DNA of 64,000 bases, taken from contig JANWLD010000001.1 of NCBI GenBank assembly GCA_025451045.1, positions 197,812 to 261,811 of the forward strand. The letters run 5' to 3'. The position numbers and the translations under genes were made by a program. The notes under the pieces were generated by a model. That model was not told where the DNA came from. It saw only the letters and a program-made list of their open reading frames with translations, and did no database searches. This document shows, piece by piece, positions 20,267 to 29,270 of the stretch. Position 1 is the first letter of the stretch. Every line of letters starts with the position of its first letter. This stretch comes from Candidatus Saccharimonadales bacterium (GTDB lineage Bacteria; Patescibacteriota; Saccharimonadia; Saccharimonadales; 2-12-FULL-41-12).

Positions 20267-20881
20267 ATGAAAGTGATTAAAAAAATATTTGAAAGCAAAA
20301 TCCATCAGACTTACCCTTGGATATTGATAGTCGGTGGACTCTGGTCTTTGTTCGCGGCATTCGCTCTAACTATTGAGAAAATCGCATTACTGCAGAATCC
20401 TAATCATCACCTAAGCTGCAGCCTGGACCCGATCCTATCCTGCGGACCGGTGATGATGTCAGATCAAGCAACTGCCTTTTGGAGCATTCCCAACCCGTCA
20501 ATTGGTTTAGTAGCTTTCGGCATGTTTGTAATGACCGGGCTTGTTATGTTGGCCGGCGCCAAGATGAAACGCTGGTTTTGGAACATGTATGCCGTCGGCG
20601 TTAGCGCCGGTATAGCATTCACCCTATGGCTGATGTACGAAACAGTTTACCGTATAAACGCGCTATGTATTTACTGCATGATGGTTTGGATAGCAATGTT
20701 TACGATCGATTGGTATTTATTCCAATACCTACTGGCGGAAAAGCACATAAAACTTAATAAAAAATTTACTAAATTTGTCCGCAAACATCATTTCGATATT
20801 TTGCTGGCTTGGTTCTTAATAGTCGTGGCAGTCATACTTAATCATTTCTGGTATTACTACGGTCCGAAGCTAGGTTTTTAG
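20267..20881 (+). CDS. vitamin K epoxide reductase (VKOR) family disulfide-formation membrane protein
   Basis: loop Cys pair SCSLDPILSC, S..A, IPN, CIYC redox motif, TM helices. Confidence 0.9.
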   Translation: MKVIKKIFESKIHQTYPWILIVGGLWSLFAAFALTIEKIALLQNPNHHLSCSLDPILSCGPVMMSDQATAFWSIPNPSIGLVAFGMFVMTGLVMLAGAKMKRWFWNMYAVGVSAGIAFTLWLMYETVYRINALCIYCMMVWIAMFTIDWYLFQYLLAEKHIKLNKKFTKFVRKHHFDILLAWFLIVVAVILNHFWYYYGPKLGF

Positions 20882-20884
20882 TCA

Positions 20885-21997
20885 ATGGCCAAGCGGGATT
20901 ATTATGAAGTTTTGGGATTGTCAAAAGGTGCCAGCGACGATGAGATAAAAAAGGCTTTCCGCCGCAAAGCGGTTGAGTACCACCCTGACAAACAAGGCGG
21001 CGATGAAGCGAAGTTTAAAGAGATAAACGAAGCTTACGAAGTACTGAAAGATTCCCAGAAAAGACAGCGTTATGACCAATTCGGCCATGCCGGAGTCGGT
21101 TCGTCTGCTGCCAGTGATGGCGGTAATCCGTTTGCCGGTTTTGGAGGATTTGGCGGTCAAGGCCAAAACGTTAATTTTGATTTTGGTGATTTAGGACTAG
21201 GGGATATATTAGGCAGCTTCTTTGGCGGCGGACGCACGTCAGGCGGTCGGCGACAGGCGCGGGGCAATGACGTTGAAACGGCTATTGAACTAACGTTTGA
21301 AGAAGCAGTCTTCGGCACGGAAACAGCATTAAATTTGAAATTAGACGACACCTGCAACCACTGCAAAGGTACGACTGTCGAGCCGGGACATGAGCTTAAA
21401 ACTTGCGACATTTGCAAAGGTTCCGGCCAAATCATAAAATCCATGCAAACGATTTTCGGCAATATCCAGCAACAGGCAATCTGTGATAAATGCAAAGGTT
21501 CCGGTAAAATTCCAGAAAAGGTCTGTAGTGTTTGCCGTGGCAAGGGCACGGAGCGGAAAAACCAGCAGGTAAAATTAAAAATCCCTGCCGGAATTGATGA
21601 TGGCGCAACCATCCGCTTGCGAGAACATGGCGAAGCGGTAGCAAACGGGCCGAAGGGGGATTTATACGTTCATATCAGGGTAAAACCGCATAAGAAATTC
21701 ACCAGAGAAGGCGAGCTAATCTTGAGCGAGGAACACGTGGATATGGTAGATGCGACCCTTGGGACGGAAATAGCAGTAGAAACGGTGGACGGACCGGTCA
21801 AAATGAAAGTTCCAACTGGCACACAGAGCGGGACCGATTTCAAGCTATCGGGCCACGGTGTGCCAAAGATCCGTAGTAACCAGCGGGGCGCTCATATAGT
21901 ACGGATTATCGTAGATACGCCGAAAAAGATTTCTAAAGAACAGGCGGAACTGCTCAAAAAATTCAAAGATGGTAAAAAATCCAGGTTTGGATTTTAA
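20885..21997 (+). CDS. dnaJ: chaperone DnaJ
   Basis: J domain HPD, G/F region, four CxxCxG repeats. Confidence 0.98.
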   Translation: MAKRDYYEVLGLSKGASDDEIKKAFRRKAVEYHPDKQGGDEAKFKEINEAYEVLKDSQKRQRYDQFGHAGVGSSAASDGGNPFAGFGGFGGQGQNVNFDFGDLGLGDILGSFFGGGRTSGGRRQARGNDVETAIELTFEEAVFGTETALNLKLDDTCNHCKGTTVEPGHELKTCDICKGSGQIIKSMQTIFGNIQQQAICDKCKGSGKIPEKVCSVCRGKGTERKNQQVKLKIPAGIDDGATIRLREHGEAVANGPKGDLYVHIRVKPHKKFTREGELILSEEHVDMVDATLGTEIAVETVDGPVKMKVPTGTQSGTDFKLSGHGVPKIRSNQRGAHIVRIIVDTPKKISKEQAELLKKFKDGKKSRFGF

Positions 21998-22019
21998 CTT
22001 TGTGTTATAGAATAATCTT

Positions 22020-22145
22020 ATGCTTAAAAGACTCAAAAATGACCAGCGGGGGTTGATTCCTATGCTAATTTTACTGATCGCCTTAATAGTTATTGCCATA
22101 GGCTATTCATATTTGCGCGTAAGGGCAAAACAACAGGGGTTATAA
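22020..22145 (+). CDS. candidate 41-aa membrane microprotein with prepilin-like leader
   Basis: MLKRLKNDQRG/LIPMLILLIALIVIAIGYSYLRVRAKQQGL; TAGAAT 6 nt before ATG. Confidence 0.6.
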   Translation: MLKRLKNDQRGLIPMLILLIALIVIAIGYSYLRVRAKQQGL

Positions 22146-22211
22146 ATTGACCAAATAGCAATAAAAGTGCTATAATATGTCAATGAAAGACCAAATTACC
22201 GGATAACTCGC

Positions 22212-22673
22212 ATGAAGCCGAATATACACATTATTGGAGGCGAAGAGAAGGTATCTTTTCCTACGTTAGATATCAACGAGGTAATTGCTAAGGTAGATAC
22301 CGGCGCCGATACCTCTTCTATCTGGTGCAGCCAGGTAAAACGCCTGGAAAACGGCTTAGAATGTATATTCTTCGGTTCGGACAGCCAACACTTTACCGGT
22401 AAGACAATTTTTTTTAAAAATGGTGATTTCAAAGTAAGCCGAGTGCATAATTCATTCGGCCATAACCAAAGAAGGTACAAGGTAAAAATCCCGGTAATCA
22501 TCAGCGGACGCCGCATTTTAGCCAGCTTTACCCTGTCTGACCGGTCCAAGAAAACCTACTCCGTATTGATAGGCAGGCGGTTGTTAGCAAAGAAGTTTTT
22601 AGTCGATGTTACGTTAGCCGGAGCCAAGATAAGTAAAAAACTACAGAAAAAAGAAAGGGTGCTTGAGCAGTGA
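22212..22673 (+). CDS. RimK-associated retropepsin-like protease (RimB-like)
   Basis: AKVDTGA.TSSI, R..V, L..R......LIGR; coupled to rimK. Confidence 0.85.
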   Translation: MKPNIHIIGGEEKVSFPTLDINEVIAKVDTGADTSSIWCSQVKRLENGLECIFFGSDSQHFTGKTIFFKNGDFKVSRVHNSFGHNQRRYKVKIPVIISGRRILASFTLSDRSKKTYSVLIGRRLLAKKFLVDVTLAGAKISKKLQKKERVLEQ

Positions 22674-23572
22674 ACATTCTTATACTATCCAGAGGTTCTT
22701 CCAACTACAGTACCCAGCGGCTCAAAGAAGAAGCCAAAACACGAGGCCACGATGTGCGGGTGGTCAATTACGCGCTTTGCTATATGGCAGTAGAAAAGGG
22801 CAATCCAGTAGTTTATTACCGCGGCAAGCCTTTGACAGACATTGACGCTGTGATACCGCGTATTGCCATGCGCTACACTAAATACGGAACTTCGGTGGTA
22901 AGACAGTTTGAAATGCAAGGAGTGTATACGACCGACAGTTCAATCGCTATCAATCGGGTGCGTGACAAACTAAGAGCATATCAATTACTGGCCAAAACCG
23001 ATATAGGCATACCAAAGACGGTGTTCGCCCGCGAAACTTCTGATTTTGCCGATGTTATCGAACATGCCGGCGGTCCGCCGCTGATTATCAAGGTTGCCCG
23101 CGGCACACATGGCAACGGCGTAGTGCTGGCTGAAACCAAAAAAGCGGCCCAAGCCGTAATGCAGGCGTTTTATGTAGAAGATGTAAGCTTTTTGGTACAA
23201 GAATTCATCGCTGAATCCGCTGGAACGGACATAAGGGTAATAGTTATAGGCGGTAAGGTGATTGCTGCTATGGAAAGACAAAGCTTGGACAATGATTTTC
23301 GTTCCAACTTACATCAGGGCGGAGAAGGCAAAAAGGTAAGGTTAACTGAGGAAGAGCGTAAAACTGCCCAAAAAGCCGCCAAGGCCATGGGGTTGTCAGT
23401 CTGTGGTGTAGACATGATAAGGTCTGACCATGGGCCGCTGGTGTTGGAAGTAAATGCCAGCCCGGGCTTTAGCATCGAGAAAGTAACCGGCGTAAATGTT
23501 GCCGCCAAATTGATAAGATATGTCGAACAAAGCGCCAAGCGCAAAAAAATTAAAGACCGCGTCGGCGCGTAA
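22670..23572 (+). CDS. rimK: RimK family alpha-L-glutamate ligase (ATP-grasp)
   Basis: YST.RL, DAVIPRI, RDKLR, GT.G.GV, VQEFI.E..G.DIR, FRSNLH.GG, EVN.SPG. Confidence 0.92.
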   Translation: MNILILSRGSSNYSTQRLKEEAKTRGHDVRVVNYALCYMAVEKGNPVVYYRGKPLTDIDAVIPRIAMRYTKYGTSVVRQFEMQGVYTTDSSIAINRVRDKLRAYQLLAKTDIGIPKTVFARETSDFADVIEHAGGPPLIIKVARGTHGNGVVLAETKKAAQAVMQAFYVEDVSFLVQEFIAESAGTDIRVIVIGGKVIAAMERQSLDNDFRSNLHQGGEGKKVRLTEEERKTAQKAAKAMGLSVCGVDMIRSDHGPLVLEVNASPGFSIEKVTGVNVAAKLIRYVEQSAKRKKIKDRVGA

Positions 23573-24005
23573 CAATAAACCCACTACCGCCGCATTGTTA
23601 GCCATAAGTCTATTTGCTTTGCTTTCACTGGCTTTGATGCCAGCAAAACAAGCACAAAATCAACGGATTTGCTTTGGTTCTTCATGTATCATTGCACAAA
23701 GCGCCAGCACGGCAGAACAAAGGCAAAAAGGACTGTCCGGGCGGCTGTATATGCCAGCCAACGCAGGCATGCTTTTTGTATTTGGCCAAACGGACAGGCA
23801 ATGCATGTGGATGAAGGACATGAAGTTCAATCTGGACATACTGTGGCTGGACCAAAAAAGCAGGGTTATAAATATCGTCAGGAATATTAGCCCGGATACT
23901 TTTCCTAAGAGTTTCTGTTCGGATAATACTAAATATGTTTTGGAATTAAATCCGGGCAAAGCCGACCAGTTTAATCTGCATATCGGTGATTTTGTTCGTT
24001 TGTAG
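23520..24005 (+). CDS. DUF192 family exported protein (start uncertain)
   Basis: R.KGLSGR, GMLFVF, MWMKDM.F.LDI.W, YVLELN. Confidence 0.85.
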   Translation: MSNKAPSAKKLKTASARNNKPTTAALLAISLFALLSLALMPAKQAQNQRICFGSSCIIAQSASTAEQRQKGLSGRLYMPANAGMLFVFGQTDRQCMWMKDMKFNLDILWLDQKSRVINIVRNISPDTFPKSFCSDNTKYVLELNPGKADQFNLHIGDFVRL

Positions 24006-24020
24006 TATATTATTCATTAA

Positions 24021-24494
24021 ATGAACGAATTGCTAACGCTTGCTATATTGCCCGGTATTATTTGGGCGGCCTTGGTATTCTTGCGAGTACCGGGCGTTAC
24101 CCTTATCTTGAGTATTTTGGTTGGTAAGTTGTTTGCGGAGGAGTTATCACAAAATACCTATGATTTGGCCACCAAGACCGTTTCGATAAGCGACACGCAG
24201 CAAATACAATTATTCTTACTGTTTTTGCCGGTGGTTCTGACAATCATTCTAACCCAATCTAAAACTCCCAAATCCAAAGTACTGAGCAACGCGATACCGC
24301 TACTATTCGCAGCCGTGACTTTGATATTATTCGCACTACCTTACAGCGGTTTTTCGGATAAAATCAGCGCTAGCGGACAAGATATAGTCAATTCTTATCA
24401 AAGCTACATAGTCTGTGCAACCGGCGGGATCGGACTTTTGTTCGCTTGGTCCCCTGATTTGTTTAAATCAAAGCACAAGGGCAAACACAAATAG
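24021..24494 (+). CDS. hypothetical membrane protein
   Basis: multiple TM segments, basic C-terminus K..KH..KHK. Confidence 0.75.
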   Translation: MNELLTLAILPGIIWAALVFLRVPGVTLILSILVGKLFAEELSQNTYDLATKTVSISDTQQIQLFLLFLPVVLTIILTQSKTPKSKVLSNAIPLLFAAVTLILFALPYSGFSDKISASGQDIVNSYQSYIVCATGGIGLLFAWSPDLFKSKHKGKHK

Positions 24495-24496
24495 TC

Positions 24497-24988
24497 TTAA
24501 ACCGCGATATTTTCACTACTGTCGTCGGTGCTGCCGGCGGGAGTACTGTCGTCGGGCGTTTCTGGAGCCGCTGGAGCCGCTTCAGGTGATTCAGTCGGAG
24601 TTTCTTCAGCAGGCGGGATTGCCGGAGTTGAGTCAGGAGCTGGCTGGTCACTGTTGCCATCGGTTGGGGGCGGGGAAGCTATGCCAGGTGAACTAACGCC
24701 GCCTAGACTATCTGACCCGGAATCGACAGATGGAGCCTCTGGAACGGCAGAAGATGTATCATCTTGGCCGAAACTCGATATGCCGCCAGAATTATCCGGT
24801 AGCGGCGCTTGGGCTATTTGGTCGGAAACAGGACTTACTGACTGATCAGGCTGGCTTAAGCCGACTGCGGCGCCTACCGTACCTGAAGGCGGCACTGTAG
24901 CTCCGGCAGGAGAACTAGTTCCAGGTGCATCTTCATCCGGGTTATCTTTTTTCTTTTTAAAAATACTAAAGATTTTGCTCAGAAACAT
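24497..24988 (-). CDS. low-complexity Pro/Ser/Asp-rich protein
   Basis: SD AAGGA before ATG; amphipathic N-terminus then acidic disordered body. Confidence 0.65.
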   Translation of the reverse strand: MFLSKIFSIFKKKKDNPDEDAPGTSSPAGATVPPSGTVGAAVGLSQPDQSVSPVSDQIAQAPLPDNSGGISSFGQDDTSSAVPEAPSVDSGSDSLGGVSSPGIASPPPTDGNSDQPAPDSTPAIPPAEETPTESPEAAPAAPETPDDSTPAGSTDDSSENIAV

Positions 24989-25117
24989 ATTTTTCCTTAT
25001 TTTGAATTATATATACGATTTAGATTACTGCTTTTGCTTATATCTTGCAATGGTTTAAAGCCAGAGCGATTGACTTTTAATTGAAAATACAGATAATGTA
25101 AGAAGTTAATTCGACTT

Positions 25118-25285
25118 CCAAACACTTGCGCTTGAATGAAATGCAAGGCGTTGCCGAGGAACGCCCGGAGGTGTAGTACACTACACCGAGGACGTACCGC
25201 AGGCAAGCAACATAGCAGTTCGTCAAGAGTGTCAGCAGGGTTCAAGCTCTGCTTGAAGCAGTGATGACACGGCGCAAGAGTTTGG
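25118..25285 (+). ncRNA. multi-stem structured leader or palindromic element abutting tRNA-Lys
   Basis: closing stem CCAAAC.CTTGCGC / GCGCAAG.GTTTGG; inner GTGTAG-TACA-CTACAC and further hairpins. Confidence 0.55.
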
Positions 25286-25362
25286 GGGCCGTTAGCTCAG
25301 CTGGTTAGAGCACCTGCCTTTTAAGCAGGGTGTCCCGGGTTCGAGTCCCGGACGGCCCTCCA
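25286..25362 (+). tRNA. tRNA-Lys (TTT)
   Basis: cloverleaf, CCTGC-CT-TTT-AA-GCAGG, CCA end. Confidence 0.97.
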
Positions 25363-25369
25363 AAATCAT

Positions 25370-25390
25370 GACCGCCTTCAAGGCGGTTTT
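25370..25390 (+). terminator. intrinsic terminator after tRNA-Lys
   Basis: GACCGCCT-TCA-AGGCGGTTTT. Confidence 0.7.
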
Positions 25391-25423
25391 GTTATAATTC
25401 AAGAAGTTAGAGGAAATTATTAT

Positions 25424-26155
25424 ATGGCAGGACATAGCAAATGGGCAAAAATTCATCGAGGTAAAGCGATAGAAGATGCCAAACGGGGTGCTATCTTTAC
25501 TAAACTTGGCAATGCTATTGCTATCGCGGCGAAAAGCGGCGATGACCCGAATTTGAACTTTGGGCTTAGACTGGCAATTGATAAGGCCAAACAATCCAAT
25601 ATGCCGGCCAACAATATCCAGCGTGCTATAGATCGTGGCAGCGGTAAGCTGGGCGGTGAACAGATTCAAGAAGTGATGTACGAAGGTTATGGTCCCGGTG
25701 GTTCAGCTATTTTGGTCGAATGCGCTACGGACAATATAAACCGGACTTATCCGGCAGTACGCCTGGCTTTTACCAAGCATGGCGGCAATATGGCCGAGAA
25801 AGGCGCGGTTGCTTTCCAATTTACCCGTAAAGGCGTAATTATAATCAAAGGTACCGGAGAAGAGCAGCTACTTACCATTTTAGATGCTGGCGCCGAGGAT
25901 GCGATTGAAGACGACGGAGAAACAACTGTCTACACCGACCCTAAGCAACTATTTCAGGTGCGTGAGAATCTTAAGTCGGCCGGCTTGGAAATAACCGAAG
26001 CCGAACTATCCTATGAGTCTAACAGTTTGATAAAGATTGAGGACAAGGCCGTAGCCGGTAAAATAATGCGTCTCATGGAAGCACTTGACGAAATTGACGA
26101 AGTTACTAAAACACACACAAACTTCGATATTCCCGAGGAACTAATCGAACAATGA
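25424..26155 (+). CDS. yebC: YebC/PmpR family protein
   Basis: MAGHSKWAKI, YEGYGPGG, TDN.NRT; upstream of ruvC. Confidence 0.97.
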   Translation: MAGHSKWAKIHRGKAIEDAKRGAIFTKLGNAIAIAAKSGDDPNLNFGLRLAIDKAKQSNMPANNIQRAIDRGSGKLGGEQIQEVMYEGYGPGGSAILVECATDNINRTYPAVRLAFTKHGGNMAEKGAVAFQFTRKGVIIIKGTGEEQLLTILDAGAEDAIEDDGETTVYTDPKQLFQVRENLKSAGLEITEAELSYESNSLIKIEDKAVAGKIMRLMEALDEIDEVTKTHTNFDIPEELIEQ

Positions 26156-26628
26156 AAGTTTTGGGGATTGATCCGGGCACAGGGATAGTTGGCTTTGGGG
26201 TAGTAGAATTAGTTTCCGGTAAGCTTAAGATGCTTGACGCTGGGGTCATCAGAACTCCTGTCAAAGAAGTTGACTCGGTTCGACTGAAAACAATTTATGA
26301 TGAAATTATGAGCATAATCAAACAGAACAATCCGGACGTGCTGGCTGTTGAGAAACTGTTTTTTTCAAAAAACGTCACAACAGCTATGAGCGTCTCGCAG
26401 GCACGGGGGGTGATACTGCTCTGCGGCGAGCAAAATAAACTGCCGGTTTTTGAATACACGCCGCTCCAGATAAAACAGGGCATCACTGGTTATGGAAAGG
26501 CAGAAAAAAGCCAAGTGCAGGAGATGGTGCGGATAATATTAAATTTGAAAGAAGTCCCTAGGCCGGATGATTGTGCCGACGCTTTAGCTGTCGCTATTTG
26601 CCACTCGATGACCCAGAGATTTGCCTAG
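26152..26628 (+). CDS. ruvC: Holliday junction resolvase RuvC
   Basis: GIDPG, AVE.LFF, EY.P.QIK...TGYG.A.K.QV, DD.ADALA. Confidence 0.97.
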   Translation: MKVLGIDPGTGIVGFGVVELVSGKLKMLDAGVIRTPVKEVDSVRLKTIYDEIMSIIKQNNPDVLAVEKLFFSKNVTTAMSVSQARGVILLCGEQNKLPVFEYTPLQIKQGITGYGKAEKSQVQEMVRIILNLKEVPRPDDCADALAVAICHSMTQRFA

Positions 26629-26644
26629 GTTATAATATTATTTA

Positions 26645-27217
26645 ATGATTGCATATCTAGAGGGCACAGTACGTGATAAACAACCGGATCATGTTGTGGT
26701 GGACGTAGGCGGCGTGGGCTACGGCGTTTATGTAGCCAACGAAGACTTGGCTAAGCTTGAAGCTGAAAAATCCGTAAGACTTCATATATATGAATACATA
26801 AGAGAACAGGCACACGATTTGTTCGGTTTTTGCGAAAAAAGTACGAAATTACTATTTGAAAAATTACTAGAAGTTAATGGCGTCGGCCCTAAGATGGCGC
26901 TTAATATGTTAAGTATCGGCTCGGCAGAAAGCTTGAAAAAAGCGATAGCCGAAGGCGACACAATCTTTATCCAAAGTGCCAACGGCATTGGCAAACGAGT
27001 AGCTGAACGCGTAGTGGTGGATTTGAAAGACAAAGTCGGCTTGTTATCTTCCGAGTCGGCTACCGATTTTCTACAAATTTCATCCGAAGATGAAGCTGCT
27101 CAGGCCTTGGTCGGCCTTGGCTTTAGCAGTGTCGAAGCGGCGAGAGCGTTATCAGGAATTGACAAAAAATTGTCCGTTGAAGAAAAAGTCAAACAGGCGC
27201 TAAAGGCGAAAAATTAA
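26645..27217 (+). CDS. ruvA: Holliday junction branch migration protein RuvA
   Basis: MIAYL.G, V.GVGY, V.GVGPK.AL, GIGKR.AER. Confidence 0.97.
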   Translation: MIAYLEGTVRDKQPDHVVVDVGGVGYGVYVANEDLAKLEAEKSVRLHIYEYIREQAHDLFGFCEKSTKLLFEKLLEVNGVGPKMALNMLSIGSAESLKKAIAEGDTIFIQSANGIGKRVAERVVVDLKDKVGLLSSESATDFLQISSEDEAAQALVGLGFSSVEAARALSGIDKKLSVEEKVKQALKAKN

Positions 27218-28245
27218 TGGCTGTTGAGAGAATAGTCCAGGAATTTGACGAAGAGCTGGACAAACAACTGGATAATTCACTTCGTCCCAAGGACTTTGAT
27301 AATTACATCGGCCAAGAGCGACTAAAAAAGAACTTGCTATTGGCGATAACAGCCGCCAAAAAACGGAATGAGCCTATTGACCATGTGCTATTGTTCGGCC
27401 CTGCCGGGCTTGGTAAAACAACCATGGCTACGGTGATTGGTAATGAAATGGGCCGGGGAGTACGTATAACTTCCGGGCCGGCTATTGAGCGAGCAGGCGA
27501 CTTGGCCAGTATCCTGACCAATCTGGAAGACAATGACATTCTGTTTATCGATGAAATACACCGATTACACCGTAGCGTAGAAGAGGTATTATATTCGGCA
27601 ATGGAAGACTTTAAGCTGGACATAATGCTCGGCAAAGGACCCAGTGCTAAGAGTATGAGGCTTGATTTGCCGAAGTTTACGATAATCGGCGCGACTACCC
27701 GTACCGGTTCACTGGCGGCACCGCTACGCGACAGGTTTGGTTTGCAGCACCGGCTGGAATTTTATTCTGATGAAGAAATCGCCAAGATTATCCGCCGCGC
27801 CGCCAAAATCCTTAAGATAAAGATAGACAATGACGCTTCGCTGTTTTTAGCCAAGCGGGCCCGGTTGACTCCCCGCATAGCCAATCGGTTGCTAAAAAGA
27901 GTTCGAGATTATGCCGATGTCCATGGCAAGGGAAAAGTCGACCTTCCGACTGCCGAAAAAGCCATGGCCATGTTGGAAATAGACGAACTCGGTCTTGATC
28001 CGGCTGATCGACGGGTACTGGTCACTATCATTGAAAACCACAATGGCGGCCCGGTAGGCGTAGGCACATTGGCTGCAGTCACGGGCGACGAGCGCTCAAC
28101 AATTGAGGATTTCTTTGAACCATATCTGCTACAGATAGGCCTGCTGGAGCGTACTCCCAGGGGTAGAAAAGCGACCTCTAAAGCTTATAAACATCTCAAG
28201 AAACCAATGCCTAAGCAAAACGGCGACCAAACTGAATTAATATAA
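27217..28245 (+). CDS. ruvB: Holliday junction branch migration helicase RuvB
   Basis: LRP..F..YIGQ, GPAGLGKTT, FIDEIHRL, LRDRFG, RTPRGR. Confidence 0.98.
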   Translation: MAVERIVQEFDEELDKQLDNSLRPKDFDNYIGQERLKKNLLLAITAAKKRNEPIDHVLLFGPAGLGKTTMATVIGNEMGRGVRITSGPAIERAGDLASILTNLEDNDILFIDEIHRLHRSVEEVLYSAMEDFKLDIMLGKGPSAKSMRLDLPKFTIIGATTRTGSLAAPLRDRFGLQHRLEFYSDEEIAKIIRRAAKILKIKIDNDASLFLAKRARLTPRIANRLLKRVRDYADVHGKGKVDLPTAEKAMAMLEIDELGLDPADRRVLVTIIENHNGGPVGVGTLAAVTGDERSTIEDFFEPYLLQIGLLERTPRGRKATSKAYKHLKKPMPKQNGDQTELI

Positions 28246-28257
28246 TATAATTATCAT

Positions 28258-28965
28258 ATGGACGGGGAGAACCAGCACCCTAATCCTGTAGAGGATTATA
28301 TACGTAAAATCATGTCCGACGGTTCTGCAGGCAAACAAGGAAAAGTTAATATTCCGGCTTCCGGACCGGAGATAATGGATAAGGCTATTAAACGTCGGAA
28401 ACCGGTTTTTGATCCGACTGGCCGGATTGAACAAATCAGCCCGGATGAAATCAAGATAGCCGATATCCGGCGGCATCCTTTTGGCCTGATTATCATTTAC
28501 GTCCAATTTATAATTGCAGCGGCCTTGTCTATAGGATTGTTGGTCTTCTTACTGCCAAGCGTTATAGGATCAAGCGCTTCCGTTAGAATGTTCTTGGGTC
28601 TTTTAGTACTTTTAATGACAACTTTCGGAGCGGTTTTTCTGATTCTGGCGACCAGAGTTTATAACGGCAACCAGCTCATAGTAACAGATGAAAATGTAAC
28701 AGAAGTCCAGCAACTGGGTTTGTTTAACCGCAAAGTTTCCGAACTTACTATGGAAGATATAGAAGACGTTACGGCTAATACGCACGGTATTCTTTCGACT
28801 ATCTTTAATTACGGTATTCTAACAGTCGAAACTGCTGGTGAACAAAGTAACTTTGTTTTTAAATACTGTCCTAACCCCAATGCTTATGCCAAGGCTCTTC
28901 AAGATACCCGGCAAAAGTATCAGCGTACACACATTAAATATAGATTATCTGCCGACGAGAGTTAG
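28258..28965 (+). CDS. membrane protein with bacterial PH (YdbS/YdbT-like) domain
   Basis: RRH, two TM helices, VT...V...Q..LF.R, IEDV...G...IFNYG...VETAGE. Confidence 0.8.
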   Translation: MDGENQHPNPVEDYIRKIMSDGSAGKQGKVNIPASGPEIMDKAIKRRKPVFDPTGRIEQISPDEIKIADIRRHPFGLIIIYVQFIIAAALSIGLLVFLLPSVIGSSASVRMFLGLLVLLMTTFGAVFLILATRVYNGNQLIVTDENVTEVQQLGLFNRKVSELTMEDIEDVTANTHGILSTIFNYGILTVETAGEQSNFVFKYCPNPNAYAKALQDTRQKYQRTHIKYRLSADES

Positions 28966-29270
28966 TCTTTAAACGGATTATCGCGAGCTTTTTGGAATAA
29001 AGCTTGTACAGCTACATTCTGGTCTTCCAGTTTCTCAATCTTATAAATTGTTTCCTGGTCTATTTTCGGCCGTTTAATAATCTCAAGCTGGGCCGATATC
29101 TGTTCCTCGGTAGGCTCTTTATTTATTAATTGGTTAATTTCAAAAACTAAAAAGCCGATTAATACCATAATGATAATAATGAAAATAAACTTGGCATGTT
29201 TCAATAAATTTAACAACGCAGACTTGAGCATTTTAGGTATCTTCTTTAGGTCTATATTATTGCTGTTCAT
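28962..29270 (-). CDS. hypothetical pilus-associated membrane protein (PilP position)
   Basis: single TM helix, C-terminal RDNPF motif; follows pilO. Confidence 0.7.
   Translation of the reverse strand: MNSNNIDLKKIPKMLKSALLNLLKHAKFIFIIIIMVLIGFLVFEINQLINKEPTEEQISAQLEIIKRPKIDQETIYKIEKLEDQNVAVQALFQKARDNPFKD

Noticed and set aside
22183..22206. 7-codon uORF MKDQITG upstream of the RimB-like gene
   Set aside because: Too short to support; could be chance after a -10 box.
24997..25669. Minus-strand ORFs of 82 and 125 aa
   Set aside because: Antisense to the structured element, tRNA-Lys and yebC; no motifs.
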